Origin: Patescibacteria group bacterium
GTDB taxonomy: Bacteria > Patescibacteriota > UBA1384 > JBBRAU01
DNA length: 64,000 bases
NCBI GenBank assembly: GCA_038206475.1
Contig: JBBRAU010000001.1
Location: 3,317 to 67,316, forward strand
Direction: 5' to 3'
The translations under genes were made by a program, and so were the position numbers. Under the pieces are notes generated by a model. That model was not told the DNA's origin, made no database searches, and worked only from the letters and a program-made list of their open reading frames with translations. Within the stretch, counting starts at the first letter, position 1; the number at the start of each line of letters is the position of its first letter. Positions 29,486-37,908 of this stretch are shown piece after piece.

Positions 29486-31220
29486 TGGTGCTCCGTTGTG
29501 TCGAGTAAATTTGCATGTATTCGGGCGAGCTCTTAAGGAGCTCTTTGTGTGTGCCTTCAGCTACAATTTCGCCTTCCATCAGCAGAATAATGTGGTCGTA
29601 GTGCTCAACTGAGGCAATTTTTTGCGTCACTGAGACAATTGCTACAGCTGGATAGTTTTTGGTGACATTGGCCAAGATTTTTTGCTCGGTCTGACTGTCG
29701 ACACGAGCGGTGAAGTCATCTAAGTACAGAACGCTTGGGTTCCCAGCCAGCGCCCGTGCCAACATAATGCGCTGCTTTTGGCCGCCGGAGAGGGTCGTCC
29801 CGCGCTCTGAGACGGGGGTAGCCAGCCCCTTTGGTAGGGCAGACACAAAGTCAGCCAGTTCAGCAGTGGCAATAGCTTTTTCGAGGTCTACCTCGGTCGG
29901 CTGGCCACTGAGGGCAATGTTCTCTCTGAGTGTCATCTGAAACAGCACGCTATCCTGAAAAACCAGTCCAACCTGCTGGTGAAAACTGATCGGATCGTAC
30001 TCGGCCAGCGCGTGACCGTCGTAGAGAATCTCACCCTCGGTTGGCTTCACGAGGCCGCACAGCACGGATAGGAGCTGCGTTTTACCAGCTGCGGTTGGCC
30101 CCAAAATGGCTGTGCTACTGCCCGGCTGGATGGTAAACGAGACGTCTTTCAGCGCCTGGCGCTGACCGTACTTAAGGCTCAAGTGCTTGACCTGCACTTT
30201 GCCCGTTAGTTTAGCCTCAAGGCTACCGCTCGCTTTCGGCAACTTGGCCGAAAGCACTTCAAAGATGCGACCGTACGAGGCAGTTGCCTGGGCCATCACA
30301 TTACTCATGAAGCCAATCATGATGATTGGGAAGATCAGAATGGCCAAGTAGGTGGTAAAAGCACTGAAATCGCCGAGGGACATACTACCCGTAACCACAA
30401 AATGGCCGCCGAGGAGCACAATCGCCAGCGAGGCGGCGTTAGCCGCTAAAGTAATGATAGGAATGAGACCGGCAAACAAATTAACGATACCTAGGCCAAT
30501 TTGCCGCGATTGTTCATTAGCACTCTCAAATTTATGTTTTTCCGGACGCTCAGCATGCACTACCCGCACCACAGCCGCACCTAAAATGCTCTCGGTGATA
30601 ACGCGGTTTAAGCGGTCAATCACCTCGCGGCTTTGAATAAACAGTGTCCGCACCTTGCGCAGCATCAAGAAGAAGGTGATGCCGATAATTGGTATCACCA
30701 TCAGCACCATCAGGGCCAGTCGCCAGTCGATGATGAGTAGCAGCACACTAGCGCCGACAATGAGGAAAATCGATGAAATGAGCGTGGCGATGGCCTGGGC
30801 AACAAACATTTTGACTGAATCAATATCAGAGGTGAGGTTGGTCAGCAGGCGGGCCGGGTTGATTTGTTGAATGTAGGCGTAGCTTTGGTTGGAAATTTTG
30901 GCCGACAGATCGCGCCGCAGATCGCGCGCCACCCGCTCAGCCGCAAAGGTTTGAACGATGTTTTGGGCGTAGGTGAGAATAAAAATAGCCCCTGCGACCA
31001 AGCCGAACTCCCAGGCAAGGGCTGGCAGCTTAGCTTGACCTCGGGCGAAGTGGTCGATGGCATGGGAAATAATTTTTGGTAGCCACAGGGTTAAGGCATT
31101 AGCGGCAATCGTCAAACCTGCCAACCATAAAATAAGCCGTCGGTACGGCCTAAGCAGGGCAAAAATGTTCGGACCGGCCTGCGGCTTTTTTGGCCGCGCC
31201 GGCATATCTGATTCAGGCAT
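29463..31220 (-). CDS. ABC transporter, fused permease/ATPase (exporter family), subunit 1
   Basis: Six TM helices, then Walker A GPTAAGKTQ, signature LSGGQKQ, and Walker B LYLDDFTA. Overlaps the downstream partner. Confidence 0.9.
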   Translation of the reverse strand: MPESDMPARPKKPQAGPNIFALLRPYRRLILWLAGLTIAANALTLWLPKIISHAIDHFARGQAKLPALAWEFGLVAGAIFILTYAQNIVQTFAAERVARDLRRDLSAKISNQSYAYIQQINPARLLTNLTSDIDSVKMFVAQAIATLISSIFLIVGASVLLLIIDWRLALMVLMVIPIIGITFFLMLRKVRTLFIQSREVIDRLNRVITESILGAAVVRVVHAERPEKHKFESANEQSRQIGLGIVNLFAGLIPIITLAANAASLAIVLLGGHFVVTGSMSLGDFSAFTTYLAILIFPIIMIGFMSNVMAQATASYGRIFEVLSAKLPKASGSLEAKLTGKVQVKHLSLKYGQRQALKDVSFTIQPGSSTAILGPTAAGKTQLLSVLCGLVKPTEGEILYDGHALAEYDPISFHQQVGLVFQDSVLFQMTLRENIALSGQPTEVDLEKAIATAELADFVSALPKGLATPVSERGTTLSGGQKQRIMLARALAGNPSVLYLDDFTARVDSQTEQKILANVTKNYPAVAIVSVTQKIASVEHYDHIILLMEGEIVAEGTHKELLKSSPEYMQIYSTQRSTNAYELSA

Positions 31221-31274
31221 AACTAGCTGACTATAGCATAACGCGACATATTTTCACCAGAGCGCAAGTTGGGC

Positions 31275-31710
31275 TTAGTCTTGTATGGCCTGCTCCAACT
31301 CGGCAATTTCAATTTTGCTCATCTTAAGCATCGAGTCCATCGCTCGTTTGGCTTTAGCTGGGTCGGAGTTGGCCAAAAAGTCACTCATGTTACGTGGGAT
31401 TATCTGCCAAGACAGGCCAAATTTATCTTTTAACCACCTGCATTGGCTGGGATTGCCGCCGGCGGCGGCCAATTTCTGCCAATAGGTGTCAATTTCAGTC
31501 TGGTTACGGCAGCTGACAAACAGCGAGAAAGCCTCGCTAAGCTGAGCCGTTGAATAAAATGAGCGACTGGCCTGCCAGATTGACCGTCACGCCCAGCGGC
31601 TTGCCGCCCGAGCCGGGCCATCGTGGCCGACCTGGAAGAAGACTTCGTCCTCACCGCAGAGAAGGCGTACGGCAATTCCTGCGACGAGAACATGAAAACC
31701 CCGTTGGATG
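31275..31710 (-). pseudogene. PhnB-like/VOC-family (PF06983-like) gene remnant with multiple frameshifts
   Basis: C-terminal block ...SFYSTAQLSEAFSLFVSCRNQTEIDTYWQKLAAAGGNPSQCRWLKDKFGLSWQIIP matches the PhnB C-terminus. The middle block VTVNLAGQSLILFNGSA and the N-terminal PY..F block are in other frames. Confidence 0.5.
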
Positions 31711-31920
31711 GCCCGTCCCTGCTGGAGATCGCTCAAATGCGCGACCAACGCCTGGCCGCAGGGGTTACATCTACAAGGGTGCTTGGTGGTGCGGCGCCGG
31801 CGAGACAACGGCTGCCGACGGGCCATACCGCTGCGTCGGCAGTAAGCAGGCTAGTGAGTACCTCACAAAAAAGTGGGGGAAACCGCTAGCCTCAGTCCCA
31901 TAAAACGAGACGGCCACTTC

Positions 31921-31948
31921 GTCCTCCGTGTCTGGAGGGCTTTTTTAT
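31921..31948 (+). terminator. Terminator-like hairpin plus T-run
   Basis: cctccgtgtctggagg followed by gcttttttatt. Confidence 0.35.
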
Positions 31949-31950
31949 TA

Positions 31951-32024
31951 CACAAAGAAATGGCTGGGGAACATGGATTCGAACCATGATAGCCACCTCC
32001 AGAGGGTGGAGTCCTGCCATTAGA
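31951..32024 (-). tRNA. tRNA-Gln (CUG)
   Basis: Manual fold. Acceptor uggggaa/uuccca, U1:A72, anticodon loop cuCUGga, T-loop UUCGAAU, G73-CCA encoded. Confidence 0.85.
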
Positions 32025-32068
32025 CGATTCCCCAATAACCCTCATACTATAGCACAATTGTGTGAAAA

Positions 32069-32824
32069 TTACACTAAATCGAGCGCGATGTCGATCAAAT
32101 CAGCGTAGACCGACAACGGCGAGACAAAGTAGCCTTCAGCGTAGTCGCCAAGTGCTTGGGCGGCGGCGCGGTAGCGGCCAAGACCTTCAGCCAGCGCCAC
32201 GTAATCGCGTTGCTTCAGCTGAGAAGCGTAGCAGGCAATCGCTTTCTTCTTTGTTGGCCACTGCGGGCTGATTTTCAGTAGGAAATTAACCAAAAATGGT
32301 GTCCAGACTTCATACGCCCAAACATCTGGTTTACGCTCTGATAGGCTGCAAGCGGCGACCGTCACGCGGCTGGCGGCGCGGTGGTCGGGATGGTTCTCCC
32401 AAAAGCCTGGCGCGACCACCACTTCAGGCTTGAGCTCGTGTATTAGGGCCGCCAATTTGTGCTTAGCCCGCATGACTTGGCCCTCTTTGTAACCGAAGAA
32501 ATGGCGCTCCGCTACGGATAGGCCTAGCGTATCGGCAGCGGCTTCTGCCTCGGCCCGACGGACAGCCACTTTGCCGCCAACGTCGCCGCCAGTCAACCAG
32601 ACCACATGGCAAGGTAGGCCAGCCTGTTTGAGATTAAGAATGAGGCCGCCCGGGCCAATTGCCTCATCATCCGGATGCGGCGCAATCACCAAGGCGCTCT
32701 TGAACGGCAGGTTGTCAGCAGCCTGAAACGCCAGCCGATCCGAGGCGTGGCGCAGCAACAAGGCCAGCTCGGACACTTTCCGCAGCCGCGAAATACCAGC
32801 CATCCGGTGCAGGAACTGATTCAT
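32069..32824 (-). CDS. LmbE/PIG-L family N-acetylglucosaminyl deacetylase
   Basis: HPDDE motif (APHPDDEAIGPGG). ATGA overlap with the upstream GT4 gene. Confidence 0.8.
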   Translation of the reverse strand: MNQFLHRMAGISRLRKVSELALLLRHASDRLAFQAADNLPFKSALVIAPHPDDEAIGPGGLILNLKQAGLPCHVVWLTGGDVGGKVAVRRAEAEAAADTLGLSVAERHFFGYKEGQVMRAKHKLAALIHELKPEVVVAPGFWENHPDHRAASRVTVAACSLSERKPDVWAYEVWTPFLVNFLLKISPQWPTKKKAIACYASQLKQRDYVALAEGLGRYRAAAQALGDYAEGYFVSPLSVYADLIDIALDLV

Positions 32825-33912
32825 GAGGTGGCCGCCTGGTAGACTGCCCGCGTTTCCGCCACCATTCTGGCGACTGTAAACTCTCTGGCCCAATCTTTGG
32901 CAGCTGAGCGCATGGCATCGCGACGTCCCGGATCAGCTAGCAGCTCAGCGATCGCCCGCTTTAAGGCGGGCGGATCAGCCGGCGGCACCAACAGGCCGGT
33001 TTTATCATGTTTCACCACCTCGGGCAGACCGCCGACGCGACTGGCCACCACCGGAACACCCATAGCCGCTGCTTCAAGCGCTACCAGCGAAAAGGATTCG
33101 GAGTCAGACGGCACGGCGAGTAGGGTAAAGTCGAGCATAGCGAGCTCTGGGTCCGCCATGGCCCCCAAAAAGGCCACTTCAGCCTCAATACCCAGGTCGC
33201 GTACCAAACGCTCAGAGGCCTGGCGCTCGGGACCGTCACCGACCACTTCTAAGCGAAAATCAACTTCGTCACTCCAGAGCAAGCCAGCCGCCCGAATAAG
33301 CACGTCTAGCCGTTTGACCGGGTTGAGCGCGCCCACAAAACCAATAATCGGCGGCTGGCTGCCCTTCGGTTGAGCCAACGGCAGGTTACCGGGCAGACCG
33401 TGGTAGACCACGCTCAACTGCTCCGGTTGGCAAATATGGTGCTTCAAAAAGAAGCGTTTAACCGCCTGAGAGACGACAATCGTCCTCCGCGTGACCCGGT
33501 TAAGCAGGCGCAACCAAAACAGCTGTTCAAGCTGCCGCCACTTGGCCGGTGGCAAATACTCCTCAGTCCAGAGGTGCTCGGTGTAGACAATGGGCAACGC
33601 CAGACCAAAGGCGGCCAGGCGACCTAACAAACCGGCCCGCAGGCCATGTAGATGAATAACCAAGTCGGGCGTACTGCTAATTGCTTTGTAAATTCGGCGC
33701 AAACCGAATAATGTACTGAGGTCAAAACGCGATCGGAAAGGCAGGGGAACTAGCTCAACCCGCTTGCTAGCCCTCAGTCGCTCCAGTAAGGGGCCTTCTG
33801 GGGCAATCACAGACACAACATCATTCTCGGCAACCAAACCGTCAGCCAGAAGCTCTATGTGGCGGGGGAGGCCACCAAGACCGGAGTCGGCGCTAACTAA
33901 AACAATGTGCAT
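32821..33912 (-). CDS. Glycosyltransferase family 4 (GT-B)
   Basis: EX7E motif region EAAAMGVPVVASRVGGLPEVV. Confidence 0.85.
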   Translation of the reverse strand: MHIVLVSADSGLGGLPRHIELLADGLVAENDVVSVIAPEGPLLERLRASKRVELVPLPFRSRFDLSTLFGLRRIYKAISSTPDLVIHLHGLRAGLLGRLAAFGLALPIVYTEHLWTEEYLPPAKWRQLEQLFWLRLLNRVTRRTIVVSQAVKRFFLKHHICQPEQLSVVYHGLPGNLPLAQPKGSQPPIIGFVGALNPVKRLDVLIRAAGLLWSDEVDFRLEVVGDGPERQASERLVRDLGIEAEVAFLGAMADPELAMLDFTLLAVPSDSESFSLVALEAAAMGVPVVASRVGGLPEVVKHDKTGLLVPPADPPALKRAIAELLADPGRRDAMRSAAKDWAREFTVARMVAETRAVYQAATS

Positions 33913-33915
33913 ACT

Positions 33916-35409
33916 TTACTCGGCGAGAATATCAATGGCGTTCTTCAGACGGGCGAGCGAGGGCTCTTTGCCGAGTGCTGAAAGTACGGTAAAGACGCCT
34001 GGGCTGGCCGCTTGAGCGGTTAGAGCCGCCCGAACCGGCCACAAAACGGCACCCGCACCAACTGCTTGTGCAGCAGCAACATTCCGGAGCAACGCCTCTA
34101 AGTTTGGCTCACTCCAGTCAGCCTCCTCGGCCAGCGCAGCGTGGGCTGCTTGTAGCATCAGGCCTGCTTCAGACGCCGTTTGTTTTTTGCCCAGCAACAA
34201 ATTGGCCGGCGGTTGGACCTCAGCTTCAATAAGCCAGGCGCCAAGCCCGACGGCTTCATCTAAGCGAATCAGACGGTCTTGCAGTACCTCGGCCAACTGC
34301 TGAGCCAGCGCTCTTTGCTCAACCGGGGGCAGTGCGGCAAAGGTTTGACTATCCCGCCGTAGAAATGGCTGCAGACGCTCAGACAGCGCCTCTACACTCA
34401 GCGTGCGAATGTAGTGACCATTCATGTGCTCCAGCTTGGCCGGATTAAAGACAGCGTTAGCTTTGTTGACCCTCTCCAGCGTAAAGGCCTCGACAAGTTC
34501 AGTGTGGCTAAAGTACTCCCGCTCGCCTTCGGGCGCCCAACCAAGCAGAGCCATAAAGTTAATCATGGCCTCAGGCAGGTAACCGCGGTCGCGAAAATCA
34601 CGCGTAATTGAAACTGGGTCGCGCCGCTTGGACATTTTGCCTTTGCCGCTGGGACTCAAAATAACCGGCAGGTGAGCGTAGGCAGGCGGCGTACCGCCGA
34701 GAGCCTCAATCAACATGATTTGCTTGATCGTCGAAGGCAGTAGGTCGGCACCGCGAATAACGTGGGTGATCGCCATCGCTTGGTCGTCAACGACGTTGGC
34801 CAGGTTATATAAGGGCAGGGGGGGCTCGCCGGCTTCAACACTGCGCAAAATAACAAAGTCGCCGTACAAATCGGTGTCCTCAGCGACTGTGCCCATAACC
34901 AGATCGGTGAAGCTACGGCTGCCACCTGTCACCTTAAAACGCACGACGGCTGGCTCGCCGGCGGATTTGCGCTCAGCAGCCTCGGTGGGTGGGATACTAC
35001 GGCAGCGGCCTGAGTACTTGGGCGAGATGTGAGCCGCTTCTTGCGCCTGACGCTCCGCCGCCAGCTCTTCAGCGGTGCAGAAGCAGTAGTAGGCGTGACC
35101 ACTGGCAATCAGCCGCTCCGCTGCCTGCCGGTAGTCGTCAAGGCGTTCCATTTGGCGGTATGGCGCATACGAACCACCCGCGGTCGGACTCTCGTCGGCG
35201 ATAAGGCCTAACCAGGCTAGACCGTCGACAATATCTTGCTCGGATTCAAGCGTTGAGCGTTCTTGGTCGGTATCCTCAAAACGCAGCACAAACTGGCCGC
35301 CAAGATGGCGGGCAAATAGTTCATTAAAGAGCGCCGTCCGGGCGGTGCCAAGGTGAAAGGTGCCAGTTGGACTGGGCGCAATACGAACACGAGGGGAAGG
35401 GGTAATCAT
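33916..35409 (-). CDS. gltX: Glutamate--tRNA ligase
   Basis: HIGH-type motif (SPTGTFHLGTART) and KMSKR (GKMSKRR). Confidence 0.92.
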   Translation of the reverse strand: MITPSPRVRIAPSPTGTFHLGTARTALFNELFARHLGGQFVLRFEDTDQERSTLESEQDIVDGLAWLGLIADESPTAGGSYAPYRQMERLDDYRQAAERLIASGHAYYCFCTAEELAAERQAQEAAHISPKYSGRCRSIPPTEAAERKSAGEPAVVRFKVTGGSRSFTDLVMGTVAEDTDLYGDFVILRSVEAGEPPLPLYNLANVVDDQAMAITHVIRGADLLPSTIKQIMLIEALGGTPPAYAHLPVILSPSGKGKMSKRRDPVSITRDFRDRGYLPEAMINFMALLGWAPEGEREYFSHTELVEAFTLERVNKANAVFNPAKLEHMNGHYIRTLSVEALSERLQPFLRRDSQTFAALPPVEQRALAQQLAEVLQDRLIRLDEAVGLGAWLIEAEVQPPANLLLGKKQTASEAGLMLQAAHAALAEEADWSEPNLEALLRNVAAAQAVGAGAVLWPVRAALTAQAASPGVFTVLSALGKEPSLARLKNAIDILAE

Positions 35410-35439
35410 CTACCTTTGGTATAGCCGAAATTCCTTGGC

Positions 35440-35799
35440 CTAGCCACAGAAAAGTACATTTTCAAGGTGAATGACGGTTGTTGGCTCGGCGTGTTGATCA
35501 ACGCCAACCGCATCGATGCGAATATTGTGATTTGGGTAGCGTGCCGATAGCTCAGCTGCCAGTAAACAGAGCTTGCGTTGCTTGGCTGGCCGAATGAGCT
35601 CAAACGGGCTATCTAACAACGCTGTTTTGACAGTTTTCACTTCAATCAGCACCAGTGTTGTGCCTAACCGGCACAGCAGGTCAATTTCACCGCTCGCTAA
35701 GCGCAGATTACGCTCAATTAACCGGTAGCCCTTGGCTTTCAGTGCTTGCCAAGCCTGCTCCTCACCGTCCGCCCCGAGTGTTTGCCGCGCTTTGGTCAT
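35440..35799 (-). CDS. yraN: YraN/UPF0102 family endonuclease
   Basis: GEIDLL...LVLIEVKT motif; 119 aa. Confidence 0.75.
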   Translation of the reverse strand: MTKARQTLGADGEEQAWQALKAKGYRLIERNLRLASGEIDLLCRLGTTLVLIEVKTVKTALLDSPFELIRPAKQRKLCLLAAELSARYPNHNIRIDAVGVDQHAEPTTVIHLENVLFCG

Positions 35800-35950
35800 A
35801 TTTTCAGCCTAAACTACCAACAGACATTCGGATACCTGTACCAGCAAGACAGTGATGCCCACCCTGTACGCGGCAATCTGCGCGTCAGCCGACATGTCAG
35901 GTAGCCGGATAAATAAAATGGGCCGAAGCCCATTTTCTCGTGAAAACGTA

Positions 35951-36691
35951 TTACTTGCTGTCTGGCGGTTCCAGGGGCAGACCGTCGTCTTTGGACTGCT
36001 CGTCGCCGTCATCTTCGGCGGCAGTAGCTTCAGCCACATCTCCCGGGGTATCGCCCTCGGCAATAGTTGGCATATCTTCCGCCTGAACCGTTTCGGTCTG
36101 ATCAGCATCGGCTTCAGCAGCCTCTTGGTTTGGGCTTGCCTCGTCCGGTGCCGGATCTTCATCCGGATTCTCCTCGGCCCGAGCGTCGTCAACAGGATTG
36201 GAAGCGGCTGAGTCATCGGCATTCAGCTGGGCTGCTTCAGTCTCTTCCGCCAACACGGCATCTTCAGCCGCATCTTGGTCGTCCGAGCTATCTATTTCAG
36301 AGGTTGGCGCGGCAGTCGGCTCTTCCCAAACTGCCACGTCAGCCCGTTCGTTATCCAGGCGCGCGCTACGGCCGGTGCGATCACGCAGATAGTACAGTTT
36401 AGCTCGACGAACATCGGCCGTTTTTGTACGCTCAACCTTGACAATGCGCGGTGAGTGCAGCGGGAACACCCGCTCAACGCCAATACCGTAGGAGACCTTG
36501 CGCACACTAAAGGTAGCGTCCAGCCCTAAGCCGGCGTGCAAGGCAATAACGACGCCTTCAAACACCTGAATGCGCTCTTTGCTGCCTTCTTTAATGCGCT
36601 GGTGCACCCGAACCGTGTCCCCAGGCTTCAGTATAGGGACATTGGATTTTACGTAACGAGCAGCGATTTTCTGCATCAGTTGATTCTGCAC
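35951..36691 (-). CDS. rplS: 50S ribosomal protein L19 with ~130-aa acidic low-complexity C-terminal extension (GTG start proposed)
   Basis: Core VPILKPGDTVRV...FEGVVIA...KLYYLRDRTG aligns to L19. SD AAAGGA 6 nt before the GTG at 36691. The tail is rich in D/E/A/P. Confidence 0.85.
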   Translation of the reverse strand: MQNQLMQKIAARYVKSNVPILKPGDTVRVHQRIKEGSKERIQVFEGVVIALHAGLGLDATFSVRKVSYGIGVERVFPLHSPRIVKVERTKTADVRRAKLYYLRDRTGRSARLDNERADVAVWEEPTAAPTSEIDSSDDQDAAEDAVLAEETEAAQLNADDSAASNPVDDARAEENPDEDPAPDEASPNQEAAEADADQTETVQAEDMPTIAEGDTPGDVAEATAAEDDGDEQSKDDGLPLEPPDSK

Positions 36692-36771
36692 GGTCAGTCC
36701 TTTGTTGTCTTTCGGCGGCCAAACGCCCGATGTGCGCTGGGCTCCCCAAAGAAATATATTTCCTTGGGTCA

Positions 36772-36802
36772 TAAAAAATAGGCCACCGTTGTAAGTGGCC
36801 TG
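36772..36802 (-). terminator. Intrinsic terminator ~80 nt upstream of the rplS start
   Basis: Minus strand aggccac uuacaac gguggccu followed by a U-tract. Confidence 0.5.
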
Positions 36803-37003
36803 AGATTAGCAGAGAACTTCTATTTCAGCAAGTTCTCCTCGAGTGTTACTGGTGCGGGTTACGCCTTTCGCCTGATCGCGCAGGCGAAAGGCGGAACTCG
36901 CGATTGTGGCGCAGTTGCCAGCGGCCTTGGGCCAAGACATTTTTTGGATGCTTGGCCGGCTTAGCCAGCGACTTGCTGGTGCGGTCATGGAAGAGCGGTT
37001 TCC

Positions 37004-37348
37004 TCATTTCCGTCTCCGGCGCGGCAGCGGATTGTAGTCCAGGTACTTTACCCTGTCCTGCTCCGTCTCAGGCACGTTCTCAAACGTGCCGAGTGAGCAA
37101 ACCACGCTGTCGTTGCTGATGACGCTAAACTCGACGGCCGGCGGATTGTCAGCATTTCTGCGCAGCCAATCCTGGATGTAGCCCATGATCGCCGGATCGG
37201 CATACCTCAGGCCGAGAATCGGATTTCTGGCCAGCTGCGCAGCCGCCTCTTCCGGCGTTTGCCCCAGGAGCTCCACGGTCGAAATCGACAGCGGACGGTT
37301 GTTCGCTCCGAAGCTTTCCGGAGCGGCACTTTTACGAACAACTGCCAT
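37004..37348 (-). CDS. Hypothetical protein (114 aa from ATG at 37348)
   Basis: SD GGAGGG 8 nt upstream. Ends in RRRRK. The track start at 37435 would overlap the rpmA terminator. Confidence 0.4.
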   Translation of the reverse strand: MAVVRKSAAPESFGANNRPLSISTVELLGQTPEEAAAQLARNPILGLRYADPAIMGYIQDWLRRNADNPPAVEFSVISNDSVVCSLGTFENVPETEQDRVKYLDYNPLPRRRRK

Positions 37349-37432
37349 GGTGCTTTCCCTCCGTCTAACGTAGCCCTCCAGCAACATTAGACTGGCCGTA
37401 AGGCCTCCGGCGTCACTAAACCGCCGTGAGGA

Positions 37433-37458
37433 CAAAGAAACCCCGCACGAGACGGGGC
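37433..37458 (-). terminator. Intrinsic terminator after rpmA
   Basis: Minus strand ccccg ucucgug cgggg followed by uuucuuu. Confidence 0.5.
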
Positions 37459-37542
37459 TGTGTGTTGTTCAGGTGCGACACGCTGGCGGGGTGATGCAAG
37501 CATCCCTCCTTTACCGACAGCGCAGATTGTCGCCGGGTCGTA

Positions 37543-37845
37543 CTACAGTTTTAGCGACCCGCCCGAGGCAATCGGCTGCACTGAAACAGTGCGGATTTCC
37601 TCACGTCGGCCGTTAAATTTCATGACTGTTTTGGTCGCAAAACGCACTATGCCAGCAACCACAGCAAACAACGTGTCATCTGTACCATGCATGACATTAT
37701 CACCGGCTCGGAAGCGGCTGCCGCGCTGACGCACCAAAATATTGCCGGACAGAACATGCTGTCCGCCAAAGCGCTTGACACCAAGACGTTTCGATTGGCT
37801 ATCGCGGCCGAGCCGCGTAGAGCCACCGGCTTTTTTGTGTGCCAT
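37543..37845 (-). CDS. rpmA: 50S ribosomal protein L27
   Basis: [28 protein letters not shown]. Confidence 0.92.
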   Translation of the reverse strand: MAHKKAGGSTRLGRDSQSKRLGVKRFGGQHVLSGNILVRQRGSRFRAGDNVMHGTDDTLFAVVAGIVRFATKTVMKFNGRREEIRTVSVQPIASGGSLKL

Positions 37846-37908
37846 CGGGTACTTCCTTGCTGTGTTTAATTTACTGCAACAACTAAGTTAGGACGCGAAT
37901 TGGAGTAT

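Noticed and set aside
31623-31889. Plus-strand 88-aa ORF with coding-like GC3 and a downstream hairpin.
   Set aside because: It lies antisense to clearly recognisable (frameshifted) PhnB/VOC blocks. High-GC antisense ORFs are common artefacts. No SD, no homology.
36772-36805. Terminator hairpin plus U-tract seemingly abutting the rplS ATG at 36772 with no room for an SD.
   Set aside because: Alignment to L19 shows the track ORF is N-terminally over-extended. A GTG at 36691 with an AAAGGA SD gives the canonical L19 N-terminus, leaving the hairpin ~80 nt upstream as a leader/terminator.
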